Of a stretch of DNA of 64,000 nt, positions 19,565 through 29,006 are shown piece after piece. The stretch spans positions 2,336,001 to 2,400,000 of the forward strand of contig OZ271854.1 in assembly GCA_965601925.1 (NCBI GenBank). Reading direction: 5' to 3'. The notes under the pieces were generated by a model that saw only the letters and a list, made by a program, of their open reading frames with translations, did no database searches and had not been told where the DNA came from. Each line of letters begins with the position of its first letter. The first letter of the stretch is position 1. The stretch comes from Alkalispirochaeta sp. (GTDB taxonomy: Bacteria > Spirochaetota > Spirochaetia > DSM-27196 > Alkalispirochaetaceae). A program made the translations under genes and the position numbers.

Positions 19565-20046
19565 AGGAGTATGCGGGAAAGGTGAAGCTCTCGCTCCGCG
19601 TTAACGGCGAGGTGCGGACCGTATGGGTCTCTCCCGCCGATACGCTCTTGTGGACGCTTCGCAACCCCTTGGGGCTGACGGGGACGAAGCTGGGGTGCGA
19701 GAACGGCGACTGCGGAGCGTGTACCGTCCACGTCGATGGAGTACCCGTCAAGTCGTGCTATACGCTCGTCGTCGACGTCGACGAACGGGAGATCACTACG
19801 ATCGAAGGACTGCGCGACAGCCCCGTGCAGGAGGGTTTTCGCGTCGAGTACGGCTTTCAGTGCGGATATTGCACCTCGGGATTCATCATGAACGGCCATG
19901 CACTGCTCGATGCGCACCCCGACGCGGACGCCCCAACGCGCGTAGAATGGTTGCAATCGAACATCTGTCGCTGCACGGGTTACGAGGGTATCGAACGTGC
20001 CCTCGATCACGCCGGACGAGCGATTGCCGAGAACGACGGTGAATAG
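19561..20046 (+). CDS. Xanthine dehydrogenase family 2x[2Fe-2S] subunit (cluster 1)
   Basis: GTKLGCENGDCGACTV, QCGYCT, NICRCTGY. Confidence 0.93.
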   Translation: MKEYAGKVKLSLRVNGEVRTVWVSPADTLLWTLRNPLGLTGTKLGCENGDCGACTVHVDGVPVKSCYTLVVDVDEREITTIEGLRDSPVQEGFRVEYGFQCGYCTSGFIMNGHALLDAHPDADAPTRVEWLQSNICRCTGYEGIERALDHAGRAIAENDGE

Positions 20047-20136
20047 CGCCGTCGGAGCGTCGCTGCGAGGAGTCCGGACGGCATCCGGGACGGTCCTCGA
20101 CGACGTACGACGCGCGGCTGCGCGATGTAGCGTCAC

Positions 20137-20739
20137 ATGGCGACGAGACGGATGACGAAAGCCGAACAGGCGACACAGACGCGCGCCCTGGTCATCGGCG
20201 CCGCGAGGGCGTTGTTTGCGGAGCGAGGATACGACGGTGTCGGCTTGGATGACATCGTCGCGGCACTTCCGGTGACGAAGGGGGCGATTTACCACCACTT
20301 CGGCGATAAACACGGCCTCTTTCGTGCGGTTGTGGAGGACGCCCAAAGGGAGCTGGTCGAGATCGTCTCTACGGCCGGCGAGGCGACGGTCGATCCGTGG
20401 GCCGCCCTGGAGGCGGCGTGCGACGCCTTCTTCGAGGCCTTGGCACACCCCGGGCTCATGCGCATCGTATGCGCCGAGGCCGGACTGTTTCTCGCATATC
20501 ACGAGTTAAGTGCCATCGACGACGCCTACGGTATGAAGGTCCTCCACCGCTTTCTCGATCCGGCCTTTGCCGGCGGGCTCATATCCGCCGACCTCGATTC
20601 CGAGGCGATCGCGAGGCTTCTGAGCGGCGCAATCTATTACGGCGCCGAATGGGCCGCCGGAGGAGACCGGCCGGCCGAGCGACTCGAGCGGGTACGCCAC
20701 GACTTCCGGCTCATGTTGCGGTCTCTCAGACAAACATAA
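20137..20739 (+). CDS. TetR/AcrR family transcriptional regulator
   Basis: ALFAERGY...TKGAIYHHFGDK HTH. Confidence 0.9.
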   Translation: MATRRMTKAEQATQTRALVIGAARALFAERGYDGVGLDDIVAALPVTKGAIYHHFGDKHGLFRAVVEDAQRELVEIVSTAGEATVDPWAALEAACDAFFEALAHPGLMRIVCAEAGLFLAYHELSAIDDAYGMKVLHRFLDPAFAGGLISADLDSEAIARLLSGAIYYGAEWAAGGDRPAERLERVRHDFRLMLRSLRQT

Positions 20740-20741
20740 CA

Positions 20742-20825
20742 GGCAATTTCAAAAATCGAAGATTTTTGGAAATGCCAGGACCTTTAGAAATCATAATTAT
20801 ATACTTTGTATGTAATTATGATTTC
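20742..20825. repeat. Two adjacent AT-rich imperfect palindromes
   Basis: GGCAATTTCAAAAATC-GAA-GATTTTTGGAAATGCC (20742-20776) and GAAATCATAATTATATAC-TTT-GTATGTAATTATGATTTC (20787-20825). Confidence 0.85.
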
Positions 20826-20831
20826 GACCCA

Positions 20832-21214
20832 GACGCGTACCGCAGCGGCATGGTGCCGGTGCGAGGAACGCGTGCTCTGCCCCCGGACGCGTACCGCAGC
20901 GGCATGGTGCCGGTGCGAGGAACGCGTGCTCTGCCCCCGGACGCGTACCGCAGCGGCATGGTGCCGGTGCGAGGAACGCGTGCTCTGCCCCCGGACGCGT
21001 ACCGCAGCGGCATGGTGCCGGTGCGAGGAACGCGTGCTCTGCCCCCGGACGCGTACCGCAGCGGCATGGCGCCGGTGCGAGGAACGCGTGCTCTGCCCCC
21101 GGACGCGTACCGCAGCGGCATGGCGCCGGTGCGAGGAACGCGTGCTCTGCCCCCGGACGCGTACCGCAGCGGCATGGCGCCGGTGCGAGGAACGCGTGCT
21201 CTGCCCCCGGACGC
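20832..21214. repeat. Tandem array of 7 x 54-bp units
   Basis: Unit GACGCGTACCGCAGCGGCATGG(T/C)GCCGGTGCGAGGAACGCGTGCTCTGCCCCCG starting at 20832, 20886, 20940, 20994, 21048, 21102, 21156. Confidence 0.97.
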
Positions 21215-21298
21215 ATCTGGATGCGTTCCTCAGGGCTTCGCCCCTCCGGTACGCATCCGCGCCGAGCAACAGCCGAAGGCTGTGACCAGCCCCAATAT

Positions 21299-21335
21299 TG
21301 AGGCTCTTGTAAAATGTAATTTTGAAAGAGCCTCA
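21299..21335. repeat. AT-rich imperfect palindrome closing the repeat locus
   Basis: TGAGGCTCTT-GT-AAAAT-GTA-ATTTT-GA-AAGAGCCTCA. Confidence 0.8.
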
Positions 21336-21447
21336 TAAGGTCGAAGTGCGACCTCGAGAGTGGTATCGCGACGATATCGCTTTACCATAGTCTTTTTGTA
21401 CGTTATTTTAAGATACGTAATTTACGTATGTATCTTGAGGGAGAGAG

Positions 21448-22143
21448 ATGATCGAATCAATGCTTATCGTCGGAGGGAGCCGCGGAGTGGGAGCGGCCGT
21501 AGCCGAGTACTTCGTTTCGCGGGTGACGACACTTTACACAGTCTCTCGTACGCCCTCGTCGACGGGCGAGTGGATCGCGGCCGATCTCGCGACGCAGAGC
21601 GGTATCGACACCGTCGTAGATCGTGTGGCGGAGTTACCGCTCGACGCACTGGTCTTTGCCGGCGGCACGTGGGAGACCGACGCTTTTACCGATGAGTACG
21701 ACTTTCTGCACGGTCCGGCCGACGATATCGATCGAGTTATCGCGGTCAATCTCGTTGCACCGATCAAGCTCGTCCGTGGTCTGCTGCCGGCTCTCAGGCG
21801 CGCCCGAAATCCGCGGGCACTCCTGGTCGGCGCCCTTTCGGGCCTCGATAACAACGCCACGCGGGAAGTGGCCAACACCGCTTCGAAGGCGGGCCTTCGC
21901 GGAGCCGCGCAAGCGATGCACCGCGAGCTCGCCGGGCACGGCCTCGCCGTTACCGTAGTCAATCCCGGTAATCTCGCGACGGGCGAGGTGGCGGCGGACA
22001 TCGCGGAGGGGCGTTTCGAGCCGCAGATGCCGATACCGCTGACCGATTTTCTTGCCGTTCTGGAGTGTGCCCTCTCCTTGTCGCCGGCTACCGTCGCGAC
22101 CGAGATCAACCTGGCTCAGATGGACGGGGGGCGCGACGTATGA
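21448..22143 (+). CDS. SDR family oxidoreductase with atypical active site
   Basis: GGSRGVG Rossmann motif, VNL, VNPG; the YxxxK motif appears as NTASK. Confidence 0.85.
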   Translation: MIESMLIVGGSRGVGAAVAEYFVSRVTTLYTVSRTPSSTGEWIAADLATQSGIDTVVDRVAELPLDALVFAGGTWETDAFTDEYDFLHGPADDIDRVIAVNLVAPIKLVRGLLPALRRARNPRALLVGALSGLDNNATREVANTASKAGLRGAAQAMHRELAGHGLAVTVVNPGNLATGEVAADIAEGRFEPQMPIPLTDFLAVLECALSLSPATVATEINLAQMDGGRDV

Positions 22144-23594
22144 ATGGGACGGAGCTCGGCGATGCGCGCGCTACTCTCATACCGCTGGTACGGTTGGCGT
22201 TCCCGATAGCGCTTCAGGTGCTCATGCAAACGCTCCTGAACCTGATTGATACCGTTATGGTGGGACAGTTGGGGGAGGTGCAGATCGCCTCGATCGCGTT
22301 GGGTAATCAGATTTACTTCCTACTGATTCTCTTTCTCTTTGGGGTCGGTAGCGGCTCGGCCGTGTTCGCATCGCAGTACTGGGGCGCGGGGGACGTTGGT
22401 GGGGTTCGTCGTTCCATGGGACTCGCTCTCATCATCGGCGTGGCGGGAGCGGCGGTTTTCACTGCCGGTGCCGTCTTTTTCCCCTCGTCGGTCCTATCGG
22501 TGTTCACGACCGATACCTCGGTAGTCGGCGAAGGAACGGGGTATCTACGCGTCGTCGGCCCGAGTTATCTCTTCACCGCCGTCACCCTGGGCTACACGCA
22601 CGGCTTGCGGAGTGTCGGACAGACGCGCCTCCCGATGTACGCCACCGCGTTCTCCATCGCCCTCAATGTTGTGGGAAACTACGTGCTGATCTTCGGTGTG
22701 TGGGGATTTCCCGCCCTCGGCGTTACCGGCGCCGCCCTCGCTACGGCCGTCGCCCGCGCCGTGGAGATGGCGATCATCCTGACGGTCGTCTATCGTCGTC
22801 GAGGACCGGTCGCTGCCTCTTTGCGCCAGCTCACGGCTTGGAACCGATCGTTTCTTGCCGTATTCGTTCGTCGTGCCAGTCCCGTCGTGGCGAACGAGAT
22901 TCTATGGTCCACCGGATTCACGATGTATACGGTGGTCTTTGCCCGCATGGGAACGGAGTTTCTCGCGGCGTATAATATCGCCGATACTGTATCGCGGTTA
23001 ATGTTGGTGTTCTTCATCGGTACCGCTCAGGCGAGCCAAATCACCATCGGTAACGCCGTCGGGGCAGGTGCGATGGACGAGGCGCGGAATATCGGGCGAA
23101 CGTTGATGCGGGTCGTACCGATCGTGTCGGCTCTTGTCGGTATGGTAGTCTTTTTTGTCGTAGCGCCGTTAGTACCGGCCGCCTTTGCAGTTCGCTCCGA
23201 GGTGCGAGTGCTGATTCGACAGTTCTTGCGACTCTTTGCAGCCCTGCTCGTCGCGAAGGTAATAAATATCCATCTGATCGTCGGCATCCTCCGGGGAGGG
23301 GCCGATACGCGGTTTGCTCTTATGATCGATATTCTTCCCTTGTGGCTCATCGGAGTCCCTGCAGCGATGCTCGCGGGGCTCGTTCTGGGACTCCCGGCGC
23401 CGGCTGTCTATCTCGCCTTGCAGCTCGAAGAGGTCGTGCGGCTGACCCTGGGTGTCGTTCGCGTCCGGTCCGGGGCGTGGGTCCACGATCTTACCGGGGG
23501 CGCGACGCGACGACCCGCCGAGGTCGATGTGGCGGCCTCCCCGTGTCCCGAAGGACTGCACCCCTACGACACAACCCCGGGCTGCCCCGACTGA
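22140..23594 (+). CDS. MATE family efflux transporter
   Basis: LAFPI, DTVMVGQLG, QYWGA, NYVLIFG, GAALAT, GILRGGADT. Confidence 0.92.
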   Translation: MNGTELGDARATLIPLVRLAFPIALQVLMQTLLNLIDTVMVGQLGEVQIASIALGNQIYFLLILFLFGVGSGSAVFASQYWGAGDVGGVRRSMGLALIIGVAGAAVFTAGAVFFPSSVLSVFTTDTSVVGEGTGYLRVVGPSYLFTAVTLGYTHGLRSVGQTRLPMYATAFSIALNVVGNYVLIFGVWGFPALGVTGAALATAVARAVEMAIILTVVYRRRGPVAASLRQLTAWNRSFLAVFVRRASPVVANEILWSTGFTMYTVVFARMGTEFLAAYNIADTVSRLMLVFFIGTAQASQITIGNAVGAGAMDEARNIGRTLMRVVPIVSALVGMVVFFVVAPLVPAAFAVRSEVRVLIRQFLRLFAALLVAKVINIHLIVGILRGGADTRFALMIDILPLWLIGVPAAMLAGLVLGLPAPAVYLALQLEEVVRLTLGVVRVRSGAWVHDLTGGATRRPAEVDVAASPCPEGLHPYDTTPGCPD

Positions 23595-24012
23595 ATGGAA
23601 CGACGATCCATGTAGCGACGTGGGGACGGTCGTAGTCTTATCGGTTGCTCGCCTATGCAATCGTCGCCGTGGCTGCGAACGCGAGGGATCGCCGCGGCTG
23701 GTCGGAAGCTTCGCTTCCTACTCGCCCATGCATCCGGGATACCCCGCAGGGATGCACGGAGATGTAGGGCGATCGGCAGTGAGCCCGTTCACATCCCCGC
23801 TTGCTCGACGACAATAGTCGTCGAGTGCGTCCCGAGGAGTACAAGCGAAGAGCCCGGTCTCCCCCAACAAACCACCTGAGGACGAGACACCCCTGCGCTG
23901 TTGCATCGGGAACGGGAGACGGTGGCGGGCGCGACTCCAAGCCGCCCCGGCTTGCTGAGTGACCGACACCGCCTCCCGGGCTCCACTGATGAGAACCGGG
24001 GAGACGCGCCCG

Positions 24013-24660
24013 TCACAGATAACCATACACGCCCCAAAAAAAGGAGGCGGCTCCGCCTAACACAAACAGATGCCAGATCGCGTGGTGGTACCGAAGGCGC
24101 TTCATGGCGTATACGATGGTGCCGAGGCTGTAGAATATGCCACCTGCCAGAAGTAGGAAAAAGAACGGACGCGGCACGGTCGCGAGGACGGTGTCGAGCC
24201 TGACGGCGGCGAGCCACCCCATGCCCAGAAAGAAGACGATCTGCCACCTGCGAAAACGGTCCCAAAGGAGCACCTTGAGGGTCATTCCGACGATCGCCAA
24301 CGCCCAGACCGCCGCCAACGTCCCGTGGGCCCACGGCGTTCCGATCGCACCCATGACCGGTGTGTAGGTGCCGGCGATCAACAGGAAGATCGACATGTGA
24401 TCGAACAGGCGAAAGAGGCGTTTCCATCGCGAGCCTGCGGGACTCAGGTGATACGCGGTCGATACCGAAAACAGAAGCACCATCGACGTCCCGAAGACGA
24501 TTCGGGATAGAAGATGAAAGCCGCCGGGACTCCGCGCCGCAAGCAGTACCGTACCCACGACCGCGCCCACGGCGCCGACCGCGTGCGTCAACCCATTGGC
24601 GAGTTCTTCCCCCGGACTATCGTTGGAGTGGAGCGATATACGCGTCTCAAGCCAGCTCAT
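24013..24660 (-). CDS. Hemolysin III/PAQR family membrane protein
   Basis: EELANGLTH, STAYH, DHMSIFLLIAGTYTP, HAIWHLFVL. Confidence 0.92.
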   Translation of the reverse strand: MSWLETRISLHSNDSPGEELANGLTHAVGAVGAVVGTVLLAARSPGGFHLLSRIVFGTSMVLLFSVSTAYHLSPAGSRWKRLFRLFDHMSIFLLIAGTYTPVMGAIGTPWAHGTLAAVWALAIVGMTLKVLLWDRFRRWQIVFFLGMGWLAAVRLDTVLATVPRPFFFLLLAGGIFYSLGTIVYAMKRLRYHHAIWHLFVLGGAASFFWGVYGYL

Positions 24661-24772
24661 AGCGCGATGGTATCAGAGCGACGCACCTTTGCCGATGCGG
24701 GCGGCGCGGCCTCGAGTGGAGCGATATGCGCGCCTCAAGCCGGCTCACGGTGCGATAGTATCGGAGCAACAC
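24626..24772. repeat. Diverged direct duplication with 88-bp period spanning the hemolysin III start
   Basis: 24626-24684 vs 24714-24772: 49 of 59 positions identical. Confidence 0.8.
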
Positions 24773-24797
24773 GGCCTTGCCGACGGCGCGCGCACGG

Positions 24798-25766
24798 TCA
24801 GTACGCGACGATGTGCGTCCCGGCGTTGCCTTCCACCGCTTCCAGGAGATTCTCCTCGTTGGTGATGATGACTCGATTGCCCGGGTCGGCCTGCACGAAC
24901 TCGATCGCCGCCATCATTTTGGGGCCCATCGAGCCCGGCGGGAACTGCCCGTCCTGATAGTAGTGCCGTGCCTGGGCGAGGGTAATGCGGTCCAGCGGTT
25001 TTTCGTCGCTCTTGCCGAAGTTGATCGTAACCTTCGGGACGCCGGTAATGACGATGAGGGTACGCGCGTGAACGGCGATTGCCAGTTTCATACTGGCAAG
25101 ATCCTTGTCTATGACGCAGTCGACACCCTGTATTGTCCCGTTTTCGTCGTACGCAACGGGAATGCCGCCGCCGCCGCCGGTGATCAGCATGTAGTGTTCC
25201 TTGAGAAGGTTGCGGATCGCATCCTTTTCCACGATATCGATCGGATAGGGCGAGGCGACGAATCGACGCCATCCGCGCCCGGCATCCTCTTTCACCAACC
25301 ATCCCCGCTCCTCGATGAGCTTTTGCGCCTGCTCCTCAGTGTAGAAGGGACCGATCGGCTTGGTCGGGTTATCCATCGCAGGATCGCGGCGGTCGACGAT
25401 GATCTGCGCGGGAATCGTCACCACGTTGCGCCACATCCCCTGGGCGATCATCTCGTTTTGCAGACACTGCTCGATCATGTATCCCATCGAACCGCAGGTC
25501 ATCGAGTCGAGCACACCGAGGGGCACCTCGGGCACCTCATCTTTGGCAAGCTCGTTTTGAAGGAGGAGATTGCCCACCTGCGGGCCGTTACCGTGGGTAA
25601 CGATGAAGTTGTAGCTCCGCTTCATCAACTCGACGACGGGTCGCACCGTACGACGCACGTTCTCGAACTGCTCGGCGACGGTGCCGCGCTGGCCCTTTGC
25701 GATAATCGAATTGCCGCCCAGGGCGATGACGGCAAGGCTTGCGTTGTGTTCCGTTTGTCGATTCAT
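24798..25766 (-). CDS. arcC: Carbamate kinase
   Basis: ALGGNS, THGNGPQVG, PTKPIGPFY, GGGGIPV, VIDKD, GSMGPK. Confidence 0.95.
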   Translation of the reverse strand: MNRQTEHNASLAVIALGGNSIIAKGQRGTVAEQFENVRRTVRPVVELMKRSYNFIVTHGNGPQVGNLLLQNELAKDEVPEVPLGVLDSMTCGSMGYMIEQCLQNEMIAQGMWRNVVTIPAQIIVDRRDPAMDNPTKPIGPFYTEEQAQKLIEERGWLVKEDAGRGWRRFVASPYPIDIVEKDAIRNLLKEHYMLITGGGGGIPVAYDENGTIQGVDCVIDKDLASMKLAIAVHARTLIVITGVPKVTINFGKSDEKPLDRITLAQARHYYQDGQFPPGSMGPKMMAAIEFVQADPGNRVIITNEENLLEAVEGNAGTHIVAY

Positions 25767-25839
25767 GGTGCGTCAAGTGTAGCACCGCGCCGATCAACGT
25801 GCCAGAGAAAACGCTTCGCCGGTGAGCACGCCCGCCCCG

Positions 25840-26742
25840 CTACCACATCACGACCGGACGACCGTCCACGTGGGCGATCGTCAACGGGACATCGAAGAGG
25901 AGTCCCAGCAGATCTTCCCGCATGACCTCGGAGGTCGGTCCGTGAGCCAGACACCCGCCGTCGTGGAGCAGAATCAACCGATCCGCGCAAATAGAGGCAA
26001 ATTCCGGGTCGTGGGTGGAGAAGATCGTCGTAACCCCGTCGTCCCGGAGAGAATGGAGAAGATCGACCAAGCGACGCTTGTTGAAGATATCCAGGTGCGA
26101 GGTCGGTTCGTCCATGAGGAGAAGACGCGGTTGTTGTGCCAGGCAACGGGCGAGCATCACCAGTTGCTTTTCACCGCCGCTCATCTCGGTAACGGGAGTA
26201 TGTGCGCGGCCGGCCATTCCGACGCGGTCGAGCGCCTCAAAGGCGATATCGCGGTCGGTCGTCCCGGGAGCCTCAAGCGGGGAGAGGTAGGGCGCGCGGG
26301 CGAGGAGCACGTAGTCAATCAGCCGATATTCAAACGCAATATGCTCGTCTTGCGGAAGGAGCGATACGGTGCGGCCCATACCGCGACGACCGAGGGAGGC
26401 GATTCTCTCGCCGAAGAGGGTGATATGTCCCCGGCGCGGTCTGAGCCATCCCAGTATCAGGCTCAACAGCGTCGTTTTTCCCACCCCGTTCGGCCCGAGT
26501 ATCGCATTGATGCCTCCGGACGGAACGGCGAGCGTGACGTCGCGTAGAATCTCTCTCGCATCGGAGACCGCGCGCGGCTTGTCCGGTGTTGCGGCATAGG
26601 AGAATCCGACGCCGTCGATTGCGACCGCCGGGTCATGCGTCGTTATGCCGGGTCGAGTCATCGAGCCACCCCTCCCGTGGTGAGTCATCGAGCCACCCCT
26701 CCCGTGGTGAGTCATCGAGCCACCCCTCCCGTGGTGAGTCAT
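25840..26742 (-). CDS. Iron-siderophore/cobalamin-type ABC transporter ATP-binding protein (start ambiguous: 26742, 26715, 26688 or 26661)
   Basis: GPNGVGKT, MSGGEKQ, LLMDEPTSHLD, STHD. Confidence 0.9.
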   Translation of the reverse strand: MTHHGRGGSMTHHGRGGSMTHHGRGGSMTRPGITTHDPAVAIDGVGFSYAATPDKPRAVSDAREILRDVTLAVPSGGINAILGPNGVGKTTLLSLILGWLRPRRGHITLFGERIASLGRRGMGRTVSLLPQDEHIAFEYRLIDYVLLARAPYLSPLEAPGTTDRDIAFEALDRVGMAGRAHTPVTEMSGGEKQLVMLARCLAQQPRLLLMDEPTSHLDIFNKRRLVDLLHSLRDDGVTTIFSTHDPEFASICADRLILLHDGGCLAHGPTSEVMREDLLGLLFDVPLTIAHVDGRPVVMW

Positions 26743-26752
26743 CGAGCCACCC
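26655..26752. repeat. 27-bp tandem repeat (3 units + 17 bp) at the permease/ATPase junction
   Basis: GAGTCATCGAGCCACCCCTCCCGTGGT at 26655, 26682, 26709, partial at 26736. Confidence 0.95.
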
Positions 26753-27707
26753 GTATGTTGTGCGTCATCATGAGCGCGACAAACGCCGGCGCGCCTAAAA
26801 GAGCGGTAATGACGCCGAGCGGTATCTCCCCCGCGATGACGGTGCGGGCGGCGCCGTCGGCGAGGAGCACGAATGTCGCTCCCAGGAGTGCCGCGGCGGG
26901 GAGCGACGCCGCGGCGTCGGCCCGAAAGAGTCGGCGCGCGGCGTGGGGTACGATGAGCCCGACCCACCCTACGATACCGGCTACGGAAATCACCGACGCC
27001 ACCGCCACCGTCGCCGCAACGAGTATTGCGGCGCGCTCGCGTCCGGGAGCCGCTCCCAGAGAGAACGAGACCCGGTCCTCCAAGGAGAGGAGGTTTACGC
27101 GCCATCTGGCAAGGTACAGCACTACCAGCGATATCGCCACGGGTGGGAACACCCTTGCCAACTCCGGCCATCCGACGTTCCATAGGCCGCCGAGCAACCA
27201 GAAGGTGATTGCCGGCAGTTGCTCCAACGGGTCGGCGACGAACTTTATGAGTCCGACTCCGGCCGAGAGTATCGCCGAGACCGCGATGCCGGACAGCACC
27301 AAGCGGAGTATCCACCCGCCGAAGCGCAATCGACGCGCGATCGTATAGGCGCATCCCAGTCCGATGAGGGCGCCCGCAGCCGCGGCCCCTTGTACCGCCC
27401 ACGGACGCGCTCCGACGATGACGATCATGAGTGAGGCCCCGAACGCGGCTCCTTGAGAGACACCGATGAGTCCCGGCTCCACAAGCGGGTTGGCAAAGAG
27501 CATTTGCATGACTACGCCGGCAACGGCCAAAGCCGATCCCAAAAAGATAGCGGCAAGTGCCCGCGGTAGGCGTAGTTCTAGGACGAGACGCAGCGCCAAC
27601 GGATCGTCGAACAGGATCGACGGTGAGATAAAGCCGGTATTCGGGTATCGTCCCGCGAGAAGCACACTCAACAGCGCGACGGGAAGGGCCGCCGTCAGAA
27701 CGACCAT
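26739..27707 (-). CDS. FecCD/BtuC family ABC permease
   Basis: LRLPR, NPLVEPGLIGVSQGA, GWVGLIVPH, EIPLGVITALLGAP. Confidence 0.92.
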   Translation of the reverse strand: MVVLTAALPVALLSVLLAGRYPNTGFISPSILFDDPLALRLVLELRLPRALAAIFLGSALAVAGVVMQMLFANPLVEPGLIGVSQGAAFGASLMIVIVGARPWAVQGAAAAGALIGLGCAYTIARRLRFGGWILRLVLSGIAVSAILSAGVGLIKFVADPLEQLPAITFWLLGGLWNVGWPELARVFPPVAISLVVLYLARWRVNLLSLEDRVSFSLGAAPGRERAAILVAATVAVASVISVAGIVGWVGLIVPHAARRLFRADAAASLPAAALLGATFVLLADGAARTVIAGEIPLGVITALLGAPAFVALMMTHNIRVAR

Positions 27708-27739
27708 CTTCCAACGCCCGCCGGCGGGTTCTCCGGCGG

Positions 27740-28891
27740 TCAGTCGATATCTCCGGTAAGGATGGGCGAAATCGTCTCGGCGTATGCCGCCTCATTCATC
27801 CCGTACACCACGCGAAAAAACTCCTCGGCTCGGTCGGTGATATCGATATCGCCGAAGAGCTCCGGCTGGAGACGCGTCGCGAGCCACTGCAGACCGAGAA
27901 TCCACCGTGTGTCCGGCTGATCCCAACTGTAGTAGTCGACCGGAAAGGCGTGAAACCGGTCGCTTTGCACCGCCGCAAGCGCCTGCCAACGCGGTTGCTC
28001 CGAGAGACGGTCGCGCACTTCCGGGCCCGAACCGTCGTACGCGATCAGCACGATCTCCTCGGGGTTCCATGCGGCGATCTCTTCGAAGCCGACGGTAATC
28101 CAGCCGCGGCCGGAGACGGCCTCGGGCCAGACGGGTGCACCGCCGGCACTTTCTACGAGCTGTGTTTGTATCCAACCGGCCGGTGGTACCTGAAAGGAGA
28201 CGTCGCCGTCGGTCGAGCGGTAGTACACCAAGAGCGTCCGCGGTCGTCGGTCCGCCGAAAGAGTTGCGGTGCGCTCTTCAATCTCCGCGGCGCGTCGGCG
28301 GTACCAATCCGCAAGAGAGGCTGCGCGAACCTCCTCGTCGAATACTTCCCCGAGGGTGAGAATGTCGCGTTGGTACTGTTCCGGCGTCTCCAACTCTATG
28401 TACAGGACCGGAATGTCCAGCCGCTCGAGTCCCATGCCCAATGTCTCGCGCATAAAGGTCTTGAGAACGACCAGATCGGGAGAAAGGGCGGCGATCTGTT
28501 CGGGGCCGACGTTGCGCTCCAAGACGGCCTTCTCGTCGTAGTCCCGGTCGATTGCGCGAAGGAAGTTACCGCGCCCCTGGTTGATCCTACCGATGCCGAC
28601 CAGCCGCTCCGGCGCCTCCTCGAAGGCGTATATGACGTCGGCGATCATCAACACCGCCCGTCCGGCGAGAACCACTCTCCGAGGATCGGTACTCACCGAG
28701 ACCTCACGACCCAACGCATCGGTTACCACACGCCGCTCGACGACCGCCGCATCGGCGCTCGCACGCTCGTCCTCTTCCGACGCGCCTGAGCCGAAGACCG
28801 GCACCGACAACCCGAGCATCACGGTGCACAGAAGAAGGAAACCCGTTCGCGCAGCCGGCGCGACGGAGTCCACGCAAGATACTTCTTTCAT
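27740..28891 (-). CDS. Periplasmic binding protein, Fe-siderophore/B12 (class III) type; start uncertain
   Basis: Signal peptide VFGSG, VTDALGREV, EQIAALSPDLV, EEIAAWNPE, SWDQP. Confidence 0.85.
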   Translation of the reverse strand: MKEVSCVDSVAPAARTGFLLLCTVMLGLSVPVFGSGASEEDERASADAAVVERRVVTDALGREVSVSTDPRRVVLAGRAVLMIADVIYAFEEAPERLVGIGRINQGRGNFLRAIDRDYDEKAVLERNVGPEQIAALSPDLVVLKTFMRETLGMGLERLDIPVLYIELETPEQYQRDILTLGEVFDEEVRAASLADWYRRRAAEIEERTATLSADRRPRTLLVYYRSTDGDVSFQVPPAGWIQTQLVESAGGAPVWPEAVSGRGWITVGFEEIAAWNPEEIVLIAYDGSGPEVRDRLSEQPRWQALAAVQSDRFHAFPVDYYSWDQPDTRWILGLQWLATRLQPELFGDIDITDRAEEFFRVVYGMNEAAYAETISPILTGDID

Positions 28892-29006
28892 AGCGGTGGT
28901 CATTGTGAAAGGCGCTTTCGAGCTGGTCAAGAGCGACGGTGCCCTTCCCGCGATCAAGCGCCGTGGCCGGACGTCGTAACGTCCGCGAAGCTCGATTACG
29001 CAGGCT

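Noticed and set aside
20832..21214. CRISPR array
   Set aside because: Units are contiguous and near-identical with no unique spacers; no cas genes in the window
20397..21338. Repeat-containing ORFs in five frames
   Set aside because: The 54-bp unit is simply stop-free; no RBS or domain support
23595..24012. ncRNA or small gene between the MATE and hemolysin III genes
   Set aside because: Only weak GC hairpins; no recognisable motif or credible ORF
24626..24772. DGR template/variable repeat pair
   Set aside because: Differences are not confined to adenines of one copy or strand, and there is no reverse transcriptase
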